52,003 nucleotides of DNA from Atractiella rhizophila (lineage: Eukaryota). The notes under the pieces are model-generated. The model was given only the letters and a program-made list of their open reading frames with translations. It was not told where the DNA came from and searched no databases. Below are positions 50,522-52,003 of the stretch, piece after piece (positions within the stretch are counted from its first letter, which is position 1; the number at the start of each line of letters is the position of its first letter). The stretch covers positions 62,001 to 114,003 of the forward strand of contig MU271263.1 of NCBI GenBank assembly GCA_021432655.1, given 5' to 3'. The translations under genes and the position numbers were made by a program.

Positions 50522-51910
50522 TTATTCATGATACGTATAGGCTGAGATCCAATCTATGTCTAGGGCATCCTCATACCACATCAGAGGAAACTGCTGCTTG
50601 TCGTTCTCGGTGTTATCCCTGCTGTACCTTCCAGCATGAAAATGCTTCCAAGGGTGAAACCCGAAACATGAACTTTGAGGTTTAAATGCAAACCCAGTGT
50701 ATAGCTGCCGGCCAACCTCTATCACACGCAGTTCTTCGACTTCTGTCCATTGTCCGTAGAAGAGCCTAACACGAACAGAAACCGTCCGAACACCAACATT
50801 CCGGTGTTGAACGAAATCAAGGAACCCGTGAAAATCAAATAGGCAGTAGTTCAAATCAAGACAATCCAGCTGAGTGATGTTAACCAGTTGAAAAAAGTTC
50901 TCTGGTAAGATATTGCTGTTTTCGTGTCCTCCATCAACATATAGATGGGAAAGCCGGGCGCAGCCGGATAGTATTAAAGGCTTGTCAAACACAACTTGGT
51001 TAACGTTAAAGATCCGGTTCGGTTCATAACGTACGGAGAATGCTCGCAGTGCATGTTGTTGTTGGGCAGAGAATTGAGGAACTGGGCCACTAGGGCAAAT
51101 ATGTAGGTTAGCTGTCTGAACCGAGATATTAAAGAAAGAAGTCATGAAAACTGGGCTGGCATCCTCGACCCGCAGCTGCCTAAGTTTCATGCGTCCGAGG
51201 TCGTGTTCTTCGAAAATCACTGAACAAAGAGGTGTATGCAATTGTCCTAGTCTAATGCTGATAAGATTTGGACGAGATCGGCTATTGAGCAAGAAAGAGA
51301 TGACCATCAACTCGTCCCAACCAATCAGGGTCAAATAGTTGATGTCGTACAGCTGCGCCAGTTCCAGCAATAACGAACGTTCCTGAGCCATGGGATAAAC
51401 GAGAGTCAAGCAACACACTGACTGTTGATAGATTCTAACATTTGAGGTCAATGTATTGAGAGAGATGTTTTCCTCCAAGTCGGAATAGGTGTAGTCCATG
51501 CGGAACCAATACCTTTGAATAACGGGGTTTCGCTTCAAAAAATCAAGCTTTCTGTGTGCATTAGGCAAATCAGGCGTTATTGACCTCAGATGCAGCCACC
51601 AACTCCTGCATACTAACCTGTAGCTCGACAAATCATAGTTGGCATCGGCGGCGGCATGACCAAAAATGTTGGCAGCGGCGGCGGCATGAACAAAAATGCG
51701 GTCCAACAGCTCAGGAGGCAGAGTAAGGATAGATCCCGCTGCCCCCACTGTAAATAAACCAATAATAATTGTGGCGCCCTTTCCCCGTCCCCAGTGCACA
51801 CGGTGATGACCGGAACTTGTCAATGGAAAAGAAGCAAGCTCCCGCCAGCCTTCGAAGCTGCATCGATGCCTCGACCCAGTTACCGGAACAGAAGTCACTT
51901 TCCACAAAGG
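50522..51910 (-). pseudogene. F-box/LRR-like gene of the same family as 25517-27205, 5'-truncated at the telomere
   Basis: F-box motif LTLPPELLDRIF...YRLVCRSW and family motifs VDGGHENSNILP and LFYGQW. The frame is open to 51910 and there is no in-frame ATG before the F-box. Confidence 0.72.
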
Positions 51911-52003
51911 TTAGGGTTAGGGTTAGGGTTAGGGTTAGGGTTAGGGTTAGGGTTAGGGTTAGGGTTAGGGTTAGGGTTAGGGTTAGGGTTAGGGTTAGGG
52001 TTA
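51909..52003 (+). repeat. Telomere (TTAGGG)n
   Basis: GG followed by 15 perfect TTAGGG units and TTA at the window end. Confidence 0.99.

Noticed and set aside
50522..52003. Telomere-targeted retrotransposon or telomere-linked RecQ helicase
   Set aside because: The terminal ORF has no RT, endonuclease or helicase motifs; it is an F-box family member.

Overview
A 52-kb subtelomeric window from an intron-rich fungal genome that ends in a (TTAGGG)n telomere at 51909-52003. It is most likely a basidiomycete, inferred from the DUF6534-type genes, short GT-AG introns and gene families. Housekeeping or ordinary content: an MFS sugar transporter, a secreted FAD/BBE-like oxidase, a class 3 lipase, a Ser/Thr kinase, SF3A1/Prp21 and tRNA-Lys(CUU). 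Accessory content: two DUF6534 paralogs plus a fragment, five F-box-like loci, a ~0.95-kb tandem duplication, a ~3.3-kb segmental duplication flanking an assembly gap and a decayed retroelement relic. The last 10 kb, distal to the tRNA, holds only conflict- or immunity-type genes. These are an apparently intact PD-(D/E)xK nuclease-kinase gene (Spok/Crinkler-like architecture) head-to-head with a FunK1 kinase pseudogene, an internally deleted patatin-NB-ARC-TPR NLR, and an F-box gene whose 5' end is fused directly to the telomere. All calls were made by eye, without database searches, and exon boundaries are approximate.
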